DNA of 63,142 bases, filler included, from Kipferlia bialata (taxonomy: Eukaryota), in assembly GCA_003568945.1 (NCBI GenBank). It is 3 parts of 3 records of this genome, joined end to end, with 100 filler letters (N's around TTAATTAATTAA, not from the genome) between each part and the next. Parts side by side here need not be neighbours in the genome. Positions count along the whole stretch, not along the records: positions 28,403 to 56,651 come from BDIP01000155.1; 2 more parts are not named here. One strand, given 5' to 3'. This document shows, one piece after another, positions 42,378 to 54,314 of this stretch. Both the position numbers and the translations under genes were made by a program. Below the pieces are notes generated by a model. It worked only from the letters and a program-made list of their open reading frames with translations. It was not told the origin of the DNA and ran no database searches. The stretch's first letter is position 1; every line of letters starts with the position of its first letter.

Positions 42378-43527
42378 ACTTTATGTGTGTGCACTGTGTT
42401 GGCAACTGCATATCTGCCTCGTTTAGCACCGATGATAAGGTCAGGGTCTCTCTCTCTACCTCAATATAATATACAACATATATAGTTTTCGATGTTTGAG
42501 TGTTTAACAGATTCTTTCAACACTGATGATAAGGTTCTCTTGTTATGTGACTCTTTCACGTCTACACCTAGGGTTCCCGTATCATAGGACTCCCATACGT
42601 TGTATCTCAATGTCATTGAGACCCATTGTCAGTATCAGCATCTCTTGCTGACACTTCCAGCATCATGTACTTGTATATGTTCATGTTGACACTGATACCC
42701 AGGTCCACCTCCACACCTTCACTCTTCTATGTATATATGTATATATAGATATATAGATATATTATAATATATATATACATATACATATAATACTGATACC
42801 CAGGTCCACCTCCACACCTCCAGTCACTCTCTCTCTCTCTCTATCTATCGTATTGAGTATCATTACTAATGTCTAGGTCCACCTCCACACCTTCAACGAT
42901 GGCACAGGCACCTACGAGGAGACATACTACGTCGATGACGGAGACAGGTCCCCTTGCTACCTACTCACTATGAGGACAGGCGAGACCTACATTGCCGCCA
43001 CTGGTTTCTCAGTCCTATACTCCTATGAGACTGACTACCCTATGTGGATATGGGTCCTAGGAGGGTCATGTCTCTTCCTGGTCCTTCTCTGCTGCCTGTG
43101 CTGCTGTAAGGGCTTGATGTCCAACTCGACTGGTGACAAGCACGATGAGGATGACGAGTTGGACAACGGGTACACCCCAATGCTCAACACCTCATCCTAC
43201 CAGCAGCAGCCACCCCCTGTCTCCCACTCAGAGGTGTATCAGCAGAACACCCCTGTTGCAGCACCTGCACCTGCATACGTCCAGAGCACCGCTACCACAA
43301 GCACTACATCTGTATACACCCCTCCAGCTACTGTTGCCCCGTCTTCTGCGGGTGCCACTGCTCTCCCACCTCTCGATGACGCACCCCCTCCCCTGCCCAT
43401 GTGGAGTACCATGATGGATGATACCCCTCCCCCTATCGACATGTTCCCATCCATGGGTGGTAACACTGACACTGCACCCTCTATGGGTGGTATATATGGG
43501 GCAGAGTGGAACCCAGATACCCAGTAG
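35985..43527 (+). CDS. Type I membrane/surface protein with tandem CUB-like domains
   Basis: A 7-nt first coding exon (ATG CGA G) splices to give signal peptide MRVPILLCLALLGLALA/DVTC. Repeated CUB-like ends: YLRFTAHDSDRDAAGWSCGY, VAFSWETNGDFLGDATGFSCEW, VYVEYSTTESSTSPGFTCAY, LLTMRTGETYIAATGFSVLY. TM WIWVLGGSCLFLVLLCCLCCC precedes a Pro-rich cytoplasmic tail. Confidence 0.75.
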
Positions 43528-43774
43528 AGAGAGAGAGAGAGAGAAAGAGAGAGATGTACCTGTAAGAGCAGAGACAGCAATATGTGCTGTCTCTAAACCA
43601 TAACTGATAGACTGATTTGTATTTGCCACTGATGCTATCTCGGTCATGTGCCTAATAGCTATAATTGTAATATCTATTCAAGTGGGCCACTTGAGGAGTG
43701 GTCGTGTTTATGCATCCTATAATGAATGGGACTCCCATGATGGTAGTGGTATGGTGGTCCCAGAGCATCCAAGC

Positions 43775-46700
43775 TCAGTTGAGCCTTTTGATCTGAAGCG
43801 ATAGGCCTGCGACTATAAGTATGTAGGAGGACATATATAGCATACAGGATATACCAATATATACAGGATATTAGCTATATGTATATTTATTGTACAGGAT
43901 ATATGTATTCATAGTATGGGACATATGGGACAAGTATGGTGTTACAACATCCACCAAGGCTGTAAATAGAGTCAGTCGGGACTAGGGAGAACGGCGTCAC
44001 TATATACCTTTGAAGGAGACAGCACGCCTGGCTGCTATCTCATTGGCCTTCTCCTGAAGTTGAAGAAGAGCGATAGAGGGGTCAATATACAATACTGTGC
44101 TAGAGTGACAGTACCGCCAAGATTCGTTGACTCAGAGTGTCACACGTACCCAGCTCACCCTCATTGTGAACCTTTCATAGACTCTTGGCTGCTTCGCGCT
44201 GTCCTGCTGATGGTAACTTAAGGAACTATTACGTAGTGGAAACAGATACGGTGGTGTAGTATATTCTGTGGTTTTGCAATTTGTCACATAGTAATACACT
44301 TCGATGGATAAGGTATTCTTACCATATTATGGACATAGCACACATTAGGTTTCTTCAGCACCTTCTTCTTGGCGCTGACGCGTGTGCCGGCATGTTGCTT
44401 GCAGAATTCTTCTATGTGAGGCATTGTAAGAGACGCAGGAGGTTCCTGGGTGAGATATGGGTATGTATGTCTCATACATTTTCATTGATGGTTATAACAT
44501 GATACCCAATAGTTGCAACAAGAATTCCAACTGATACGGTGAACCCTGTCAAACTTCAAACACAATACGAAACAGTAGGACTACTATACTCACAGGAGTG
44601 AACACGACGAGTGATTGAAGGGGCTTCTTGTCCGTCGTGCGCCTGGGCTGCCTCTGCACATGTACCTCAGGCTTGATCTTTGGGTTAATATGAGGCTTGA
44701 CAGGCTGGGTAAGAGGCGCTGCTTCAGCTTGGGTCTTTGGCGGCTTGTTCTTCGTCACAGTGTGAGTCTTAGCGTTGGTCTGAGACTTGGGCTTGGTCTG
44801 AGCCTTAGAATTGGGGTTCGGATTTGGCTTGGCCTCAGTCTTTGTCTTAGGCTTGGGATTAGGCTTGGGTTTGGATGACCCAGTCTTATCCACCTTCTTA
44901 GCCTTGGTCTTAGGGGGCTCTGGTGGCCTTAGCTCCTTGACAAGTGGGAGTAGGCCCTTGGGAAGATCTTCAGTAGGCTTCCACGTCTGACAAGTCATGT
45001 AGATTGCTAGTGTTAGTATGTCATTTGTCTCTCATCAGTGCTCATCATAAACTGAACAGTCTCCATTGAGACTTTGGGTTCAACTGACGCGACAAAGAGA
45101 AGGTTGGAGATTAGTGGAGAATAGAGAATAGAGAACATAGCTTAGTCAATACCGACTAGTACTTTGACCTAGACTCACCTCCAAATGTAGTGGGGCGCCT
45201 AGCTTGGAAAACAGTGGCCTTCTTCTGAAGTGAGAGAAGAAATGGCACAAATCTGACAAGTTTTCAGTGACAACTCTGTAAATGGAATAGAGTTGTAGGT
45301 ATAAAAATATATACCCACCTTAGTCACCCTGCCGACAAATCCTGAGAAATTGTGCTGCCCGCCATTATCGCCCTGTTGTCAGAACAAGTCACATATCCAT
45401 GCTTGACCAGCTATCATTGATCTGTGTGATTGTTACATCAGATATCAAAGCTAAGTGACTTTAGTTATAACTCACTATGACTCTATGGTTTACATTCATT
45501 ATAATATATAAATACCTTGGGGATGAGTACAGGATCCTCAACTCCATGCAGGCTGCAAAACTCCTCAACCACAGCGTCTGAGAGGTCACCCCTCCCACCC
45601 ATGCCCTGAAGTAGGTCCCAAAGAGAAAACAGAATCTTTGAACGGGGTTGATAGTGACGATATACCATATTATCGACAAAGAGTGATTGACAATACAAGT
45701 CGTTTCCACAGAACCCTCTTGTTACACAGGATGATACATACCATGAACCTCACAGTGTAGAGTGAAGTGTGTGCTTTGGGTGGAGCAACAAGGTACACGG
45801 GAGCAATAGCAGAGGCATGTGGTGGGGAGATGACGGCAGGCCTATCCTCAGTGCGGGTTCTGTCCTCCTTCACGATGGGCAGGGGCATATCTCTCGTCTG
45901 GTTGGGCGCCTCCTGTGTGGTGGGCAGGTAGGGGTTGGGAGAATACGCAGGAGCCTTGTGTCTGGTGGCAATGCAGGACGCACTCAACACACAGTTGCTC
46001 GCAGAACGACGTAGGTATGCCACATCTCTCTCTGGGCCATCACGTGCCATATAGGTCACACGGTGCGGAGACTTGGACACGGACACCACCACGACATGCC
46101 TAAGTCTGAGATATTGTTGTGGTCGTGGAGTATATTGACCATTGAAGCTGAGGAACTGTACTACAACTATATAATGGTTGTACCTCTTATCGTCCGCCCT
46201 TACATTGGTCAGGGGAATGATTGTTACACGGCACGCGTCCCCGTCAAGTTGAGGCCGCATTGACGACACGACACCGTCTGCAGTGAGGGGGGTACATATC
46301 TACTAAGTGCGTGGCAGAACACAGAATTACTTATATGTCCTTTCGATAGTAATCGGATACTGAACTGAGCGTTGTTTTTGATACGATTATGGAAGTGTCA
46401 TACCTATACTGACCCGAATCTTGTCTCTCTGTGGTTTGTCACATGGAATTCCAGGTACCAAGCCACAGTCGTTGACCCCAAGCCAGAGCTGGCCTCCTGT
46501 TTCATGAAGAAGGGCCACTGCACAGCAACTTAGTACATTGAGATTGAGAATGGTGCTCCACGAGAGACTATTGACTTACCATCGGTGTTGAGAAAGGCAT
46601 TGATGGTTGCCTTCATGAGCTTCCTTCCGTGCTTCCTAGTGACAGCACCCTGAGCCTCCTACGTGAGGATACATTAGGCGAGTGACAATAGCTGAATACA

Positions 46701-47012
46701 CGTATAATAGGACTCTTGTACGGATGAGTATGTACCTGAGTATATGTATTGTCGAGTAACCTAAGTAGGATATCTAACCTTGAATTCTGTGTGCTTATCC
46801 TCATCCTGCGGTAGAGTGGACCTGTACTCCAGACTCTTGGGCAGCTCCCTAGAGCCCTGAGGTTCATAGTTGCCTGACATGTCAGGGAGTCCCTGACAGG
46901 GACTGGAGGGAGTGCTGTCACTTTGCAACAGGGACACGTTACTATTAGATTCGCAATGCGAAGTATGCCGAGTATCTATTGGACTCTTGGCCGGTATCTC
47001 TCTGGGTATCAT
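43775..47012 (-). CDS. Schlafen/AlbA_2-domain protein A with two C-terminal RRM-like repeats
   Basis: Spliced: LPKSLEYRSTLPQDEDKHTEFK / KATINAFLNTDGGQLWLGVNDCGLVPGIPCDKPQRDKIR / DGVVSSMRPQLD / HVVVVSVSKSP / VAYLRRSASN. Then repeat 1 (YTVRFMG..VEEFCSLHG..GFVGRVTKKKATVFQARRPTTFG), a K/P-rich linker, and repeat 2 (LVVFTP..IEEFCKQH..RFTMRVSWEKANEIAARRAVSFKGLSLQIKRLN*). Confidence 0.8.
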
Positions 47013-47112
47013 TCAAGTCATCTCTTCAGAATGGAGAGTCTGTAAGGCTGTCACTGAGGCACCACGAGAGACACACCCTCTGTTTGTGTCATCACAAGTT
47101 GGAGTGGCCAAC

Positions 47113-49307
47113 TCAAGATATCCACGTGACATGTGATGGCCATATCGTGACAGACAGGGAATAGTCTGAGGTAAGTAGGAGAGCTTTACGGTAATATCCC
47201 ATGCTCATACAGGACCCTGTTGTATGCTGTGTAGAATCTTCAGCACGATATATTCTTGTTGAGATGGGAGAGTCACTGTTGAAACGCACCTCTGAATCTA
47301 ATAGTCCCCATCGAGTTGAAAGCAAGAGCTCTATCCTGGGATTAGCACAGTGTAGTATTCTTATCCTGCAGATAGGGATCTAGCATGTTCAAGTCCATAC
47401 CTCAGTCACTCTGGTAATGAACCCATAGACGGTGTGTAGAGTCTCCTTTGCAGCAGCCTGAAAGTGAGTATTTGTCACTGAAATTCAATGTTCTGCTGCC
47501 TATGATAGCCTGCTACCTTTTGACAGTCTAACGAGTTGTGTATCATACACATATGAGTCATATGTGGCTCACACAATTAATATATGTCTTCGATTAACTA
47601 CTCTGATGTATCATATGTCGGTGTCACCTTTACCTTGGACTCCAAGAGTCTGATTCTAGGAATTCTGTGGTATCGGCAGAAAACCACGATATCAGAGGCT
47701 GACATATGAAGTCTAACTGGACCAAGGCCAAGTGTTTTTGTACACTGTGTCAGTTCACATTGGTTACACTCATTATCACACTCGGATACTTGTCAGAGAA
47801 TCTGAGGCATAGTTGTATATCACATACATACCAAGAACATAACGGTTGACATTCTCTCAGTCATTGCCAATGACGATGTCATTGGTGTGCTTGGAACAGG
47901 GTGTGAGATGAGAGTAGGGGATCCTGGAAGCGTTGCTGGTTTCATGTCACTCCCATTGGGTGGTCGCTTCTCTTTCAATGTAGTCGAATTGTTAGCTCCA
48001 CAAATCTGATATTGGCTATTCTATAATGATGTCAATTTCAGTTGATTTGGGTTACTTACTTGGGGTGCGATGGGGGCTTCTGTGTTTCTGTTCAATTGTC
48101 GTACCTCCTGAAGTCAGACAAGGACATTCTGAGAATGAATACAAAGCAGTCAAAAGCTATGTCATAGATTCCTGATTGCAATTTACCTTTGCGTCGCATC
48201 TTGTAATGACAGTGATGGGGTTCGAGACACTCGTGACCTGTTTGCGTCTGATTGCAATACACGACTGTGTCAATTTCGCATTGCTGGCTGTTCGTCGCAT
48301 GTATGCAACTCTGCTGTCGGCACCATGTCTGTTCATGAAGGTCACCACGTTTGGAGACTTTGCCACTGAGACCACAACGACGTTTCTGGGTAAGAGAATG
48401 CCACATATAGCACATAATAAAGGAGCATGCATACGTCAGTGCATGCGGAAAGATCGTATCTATCGTCTCCGACACTGAATGGTTGGGCAAGCAGTATGGT
48501 GTAAAACATGTGAACTATTTGACTCACATATATGGAGCTATTCACTCTGTATATACTCCAGAGTAAGGTGATATGGATACCTACGGCCTGACTCTTTAAG
48601 ACTTGGGGTAATCACTGGTAAGAAGGAGACAGAGCATATGTCAGCGTCAACTTGTGGAGTCATTTCAGACACAGCTTGGTCTGTTCGTCAGATCATAATA
48701 TTCAGTGCTACCTTCAGGTTGATACAATAGCCCACTGAATCAATGGGTACTAATACTCACTTTGGGTTCTCAACAATAGATACCGCATAAGGTGCCCTAA
48801 GGATGAGAGTTTCCAACTCACCTACGGCTAAACGGATGATATCTCTTTGGTGCTGATCACAAGTTACCCCAAGGACAGTGCCATCGTCAGCCACACCCAA
48901 CCACAAAGTTCCACCTTAGATCAGCAACTAGGTGTCTTGTATTCATCTGATCACCAAGTCCCAACCTCTCTAATAATGTAGTGAGTGCTAATAATGTATT
49001 GAACTCTTTAAATGCTGCTTACCATGAGTATTGAGGAATGCGTTGATGGGGATCTTGACCAGTCGCCTTATAGTCATCCCGGAACCCGCAACGGTGCGCT
49101 GTGCAACCTAAGGAGTGAGCTACATTTTCTAATCCCACACTGTAACTAAAACACTAAGTTACTGTAACAGTACCGATGGTGTGGAGTCACACTGTGGACT
49201 GAACTATTGTACTCTAGTATGTATATACTTCTGGCAACCTTGAACTCCGTGTGTCCATCCTCCTCCAGCCCCAGACTTGACCGATAGACTAGGGAGTCAG
49301 GCAGCAT
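47113..49307 (-). CDS. Schlafen/AlbA_2-domain protein B with one RRM-like repeat (start uncertain)
   Basis: MLPDSLVYRSSLGLEEDGHTEFK / KIPINAFLNTHGGTLWLGVADDGTVLGVTCDQHQRDIIRLAV / DQAVSEMTPQVD / NVVVVSVAKSP / VAYMRRTASN, then STVMFL..DIVVFCRYH..YGFITRVTEDRALAFNSMGTIRFRG..WIS*. Intron positions match paralog A. Confidence 0.8.
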
Positions 49308-49592
49308 TGTCTGTGCGGCACAGACTTTGTGCCAGTGGTAGACTACCACTGGTAGTGGCTAAGCTCCAGTGGACAGTGAGTCCTGAGGGTGGTGTAGAGA
49401 ACACTTGCGAGGCTAGGTGATGTGACATACTCTACGACTTCGCAATTCTTGTGTGTGATTAGGATATCTCTTGCACTTATAGAAGTCCTCTATTCTCTGG
49501 ATTCTTGGCTCCTTATGATGGCGTCGGGTACATCCGAATGGTGGCTGAACCCACACTCAGCACGGTGTATCTAGTAGATACAGTATCTACCT

Positions 49593-52500
49593 TTACACCT
49601 TGGTGTCTGTGGATAGGGTGAGTGTGTCTCCAAACCCCTTGTGCACCTCTGGTTAGGAATCTCTCTCTCTATATATATATACATATGACCAGAATATAAG
49701 TATGTACGGGGACTCCTACCTCTAGCACCACCTCCTGCTCCTCGCCGTCCTCACAGGGGTGGGTGTACTCACCAGCCCTTCCCTAGTGATAAGCATCAGA
49801 GGGGGGTATACTATACCTGTATTGCCTGCAATAGAGTATTCCACTACCTTGATTGTGATGGTCTCTCCCTGTCTGGTCACTGTTGCTGGGTTGAGTCTCC
49901 TTGACCTGGAGGAGGCGCTCATGATCTCAACCATGCTGCTCCTGGGGTGAATGCAGTGATGAATTCTACAATATATTACATAATATGTGACCGTATAATT
50001 GGGTCGATACTCACTTTAGGTACATGGCTGCACTGGGTGTCAGCTTCCACACAGCCCTGCCCTCCACAGCAGGTACCACCAGAGTGATCTGGTTCCAGGC
50101 CATTTCAGGCAGACCCGACCATGTGACCTAGTAGTGAGTAAAGACAGAAAGATGTTATGGTGAGAATATGGATATAGTATAGTACCTTAGACTCAGACAC
50201 CTTCAACATATACTCTTAGTATAGAAGTAGTTGAGTGTGTGCAACACAACTCGTATACCTTAGCCTCTGTCACCCCTGGTCCCTCTATGAACTTAGCAGG
50301 TGGCACAGGCTTAGTGGAGAGTGGCTGTATCGGGGTGGAGGGTGGGGCAAAGGAGGCCAGTACTGTGGCTGCTGTCATGGGTGGGGCCTCTCTCTTTCCC
50401 CCAAAGGGCTCTCTCTCTCCCACTGCCGGTGCTGGTGTAGCCTGAGGGTAAGCCGCCAATGAAAAGATATTGGACTATAGTAACAGCAATAAACATTCTA
50501 TGGTTTTATATATCAATGCGATAGATAGTCTAGAATGCTTACCTTGGGGTATGCAGTGCCGGTAGGCTTGGGGGTCTTGGGCTTCTTGATCTGGTATCAG
50601 TGTCAGTATCAGTGTCAGTATCAGTATATCAGTGTCAGGCTTCTGTACCTGGGTAGGCACTACCTCAACAGGCTTCTTGACCACTGGAGGAGGGACGGGT
50701 GCCAGCTCTGATATCTCTAGGTTAGGCTTCTCCTTCTCTACTCTGACAGCCTCTTGTTCTGCTGCCTTGCTGACAGGGGGTGCCCTCACCATGTCTGTGT
50801 CGCCTGTTAGAGTAGTCTCTCCACCTGTTGGCTCTCTCTCCTCTAGGGCAGGCCTGGACTCTTCCTCTCTGGGCTGCACTCTCTCCCCAGTAGCCCCTCT
50901 ACGCTCTCTCTGTACGGCAGGTAAAGGGGCTGCCCCCTCTACAGGAGGAGTGACTAGGGATGCAATGTCTGCTGGCTCACACTCTGTGAATGTGGTCTGT
51001 ACCACAGTGGCACCTGAGATGTGGGTGATGTCGGTGAGATTGCACTTGGCAAAGGTGCAGTTGAGCAGAGTGACGTTGCTGAGGACACAGCCTGTTAGGT
51101 TACACTCTCTGAAGGTACAGGTGTCCAGAGATGCACCACTAAGGTCACTGAATATACATTGTGTGAATGTATACCTCTCTACCCTCCTCCTAGCCAGAGT
51201 GTTGGCGAGGGAGGTATCAGTGACACACACACCACTGTCTGTGATAGTAGTGGATAGAGCCACCACGTCCTCCTTGCTAGTGATGCTCACACCCGCATCA
51301 TCCATCTCTCTCTCCCTCTGTCTCTTGGTACCCAGTCCCATGGTGACATCAGGTGCCCTTGCTACACTATATGCAGTGAGACTCTCCCACACCCCACCTG
51401 TAACACTGTAGCATGCGTCACTGCTGCACACTACCCCGTCCACACAGGCACGACCTACACACTCTCCAACTGCATGTCTATCCGGTAGCACACAAGGTAC
51501 CAGGGGTAGGCTACCCATTGTTGGGAGCGGTGGAGCCACTCTCACCCTCCTGTACCCAGCAGCAGTGGGAAGTGATATGAACTGGGTGTCTCTGCAGGGG
51601 AGGGGCTGACCAGACAGCGCTATGGGGTAGAGGGTAGGCATTGGTGCCTCCTCACCCTCTCTGCTCAGGGGTACTGACAGTAGCTGGCCTTGGAAGGCAC
51701 AGTGCATACACCCACCAGCTACTACAGCCTTGTCTGTCAGGAAAGGCATCACCTCTACCCCCTCCTTAGGCTCTAGTGTCACACTCCACTCCCCAGTCAT
51801 GTAGTTACACTCTGCTAGCCCCACCAGCTCCAGCGACTCCTGACTCAGACTCACAGCAACGCGAGTTAAGCCAGACACACCAGAGAGTGTGGGTGGGAAT
51901 GGCTCAATACCGCTGCCTCTCTCACGCCATGGTACAGACACTGTCTGGTAGTCCGTACTGGCAGGCAGAAGGTGGGTGTGTAGGAAGGGAGAGAGGTCCA
52001 TTGTCACCAGGTTGGCGTCTGTGTCAGTGTACACTAGGCATGTACCATGCACTGAGTACTGGATAATATCGCCAGGGAGGGGTGCACACATCCAGTCCTT
52101 GACAGCCATCTGCAGGTGGCCCCTGGGCCCTATCAGTACAGTGCCCAGTGGTGAGAGAGTATGGCCCTGACCTTCCAGGGTGGACTCATATACACTCCCT
52201 GTAGAGAGTGATACACATATGACATGGGTCGGTGTGGGGTCAGTGCCGAACTCTCCCATGGACTCCATAGGACCCATAGACCCCAGCATAGCTGTACCAT
52301 GGGAGACCAGGGCTCTGTCCCCGCAACATGACAGAGTCGAGTACTCACCAACAGAGACAGACTGTGAGATATGTCTCTCCAGGGTGCATGCGAGAGACAG
52401 AGTGGGTGTCTCTTGGGTGGCATCTAGTCTGAGTATGTGTGTGATGCTGTCCCCACTACCGACTCCAGCCACTATGGAGCCATCCATGCTGTCTCTCCCA

Positions 52501-54001
52501 CACACCACACAAGCCGTATCCTCCCCCTCTGCTACACACCCCTCCAGTACTACCCTTGCATCCGCTGAGATACACAGAGGTACTGGTGTCCACTCTGCAT
52601 TACCCTTTCCTGCCTTGATGGCGTAAAGAGTGGCTAGGGGAGAGGCATTACTTCCATCGGAGAGTAGGATGGAGAGTATGTGGTGTCTTCCCTCTTGTGT
52701 ACTAACACCCCTCCTCCCCGTGTCAACAGGCACTGACCCCACGGCAAGTACCTGCATAATCTCACTCTCACACAGTGTGACTATGGCACCGTGACATGCA
52801 GAGAGTACAGACAGAGTTGGCTTGGCCAAAGGGTCGTGGTGGCCGGTCCCTAGGAAAGGGTAGCCGGAGAAGAGGGCTGTGGCTACGTCTATATCTATGC
52901 CACCAAGAGAGGCGATGACCGTGGGAGAGAGAGTGGGGAACTTGAGGTTGGCAAGGGTCGAGTCTGCTAGTGTGGTAGGGGCAGGAGTCACGGGTCTCTT
53001 TCCGTATGTGGCTGTCAGGATCAGAGGGCCAGTGTGGGAGGGACCCACAAGTGCCTGGCGTCAAAGCGTCATGGCCAAGAGTTCCAATAGCAATCATATA
53101 CTGCATGAGATGTACAGTCAGTATATTGAATTGGATACACACCGTCAGCATCCCTACAGGGGTGTCCAGTCCAACTACATGCATGGTGTCTGATGCACCG
53201 GTGGGGTCCTTGCACAGGAGGGACATGGTGAACTCGTCTCCAGGGGGCTGAGAGGTTGGTGTCGGTGTGTACGTAGAGGTGTATGTAATGTACAGTTCTA
53301 CACTTGATGTCAACGTGAAATAGTACACACACTTCCTACCTTAGTCTCTGCCGCCTTAGTCTCTTCCACCTCTGTGCTCTCTGATGATTAGACACTGAGA
53401 GAATCAATGAGATATAGCGATTACCCAAGATAGTGTTACTGTCCTTCAACCACCGATACAACGACACATAATTCGCCTATGTTCATTATCCCACTGAACA
53501 TACCCTCGTCCTGTATGAATCCCTCATCCAGTGACTGCGCCTTCTCAGCTCCCTCTCTCTCTGGTATCCGGCTTGTGAGCACAGACATACTCATGTCACC
53601 CTCAGTACCGGCATCTACAGTCACTGGGCCTGAGGTCAGTTAAGAATAGTCCAGACAGAGACCAGAAGTTATATAGCCTATATAATATTGGAGACACCAC
53701 GTAACAGTAAAGAAGTGCCATCTACAGTGACTGGGCCTGAGGTCAGTATTGACATTTGCTGGACAGAGGCTAGATGTAAATACATATACACCAGAAGGTA
53801 TATACCACCCACTGAGACACAGCCACCAAGTGTATTATAGATGCGAAGTAACTAGCTATGGATACCTGTCTCATCCTCCTTTGCCGCTGCTAGCACTGCC
53901 TCTAATGTCCATGCTGGGTCAAATAGACCAGGGACAGAGAACTCCGCCAGGACAATGCCCCCTGCCTCCTCTATACGCACATCAACAGGTACCCCTGGCA
54001 T
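49593..54001 (-). CDS. Large protein with a beta-rich N-terminal region and a pentapeptide-repeat domain
   Basis: Giant exon (ORF 50475-53048) containing YTFTQCIFSDLSGASLDTCTFRECNLTGCVLSNVTLLNCTFAKCNLTDITHISGATVVQTTFTEC (about 50975-51185), plus phase-compatible small exons on both sides. The first exon needs a 1-nt correction in a G run, and the last exon is ambiguous. Confidence 0.7.
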
Positions 54002-54314
54002 TGCCTAAGTGGTTAGAGAGAGAGAGGTCGCCATGGTGGTGCCACTCTCGGCTACAGTCACTGTAAGGTGAGGGCATCAATTTCTCTTTGAGGTGTGCGT
54101 ATCTCTATGACTATTGCACTGTTGAGTCTACAGTTCGTTCCTGTCAGTGACGCTAGAGAGGCACACGACTGGCATGATCTGGTGCTTAGCGTTAGCTGTT
54201 CATTGTTTTTGATGACGTTGAAGTCCACAGTATGGATGCAATGTGTACTCTACTCAAGACTTGCTAACATAGACTGTTCTTCCGTCAGTAACACTAATAC
54301 ACGTTGTGAATAGT

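Noticed and set aside
953..43000. Numerous 60-180 aa ORFs rich in Y/I/C/V/L/S
   Set aside because: They are translations of intronic (TA)n, (TG)n and (TC)n microsatellites, not genes.
48762..48796. Possible extra small exon (HLMRYLLLRTQ) within Schlafen paralog B
   Set aside because: Skipping it gives LAV-DQAVSEM, collinear with paralogs A and C. Inclusion would interrupt a conserved helix, and there is no supporting evidence.
50632..51411. 259-aa plus-strand ORF (similarly 8234-8911 minus and 15590-15913 minus)
   Set aside because: These are antisense shadows of long GC-rich coding exons on the other strand.
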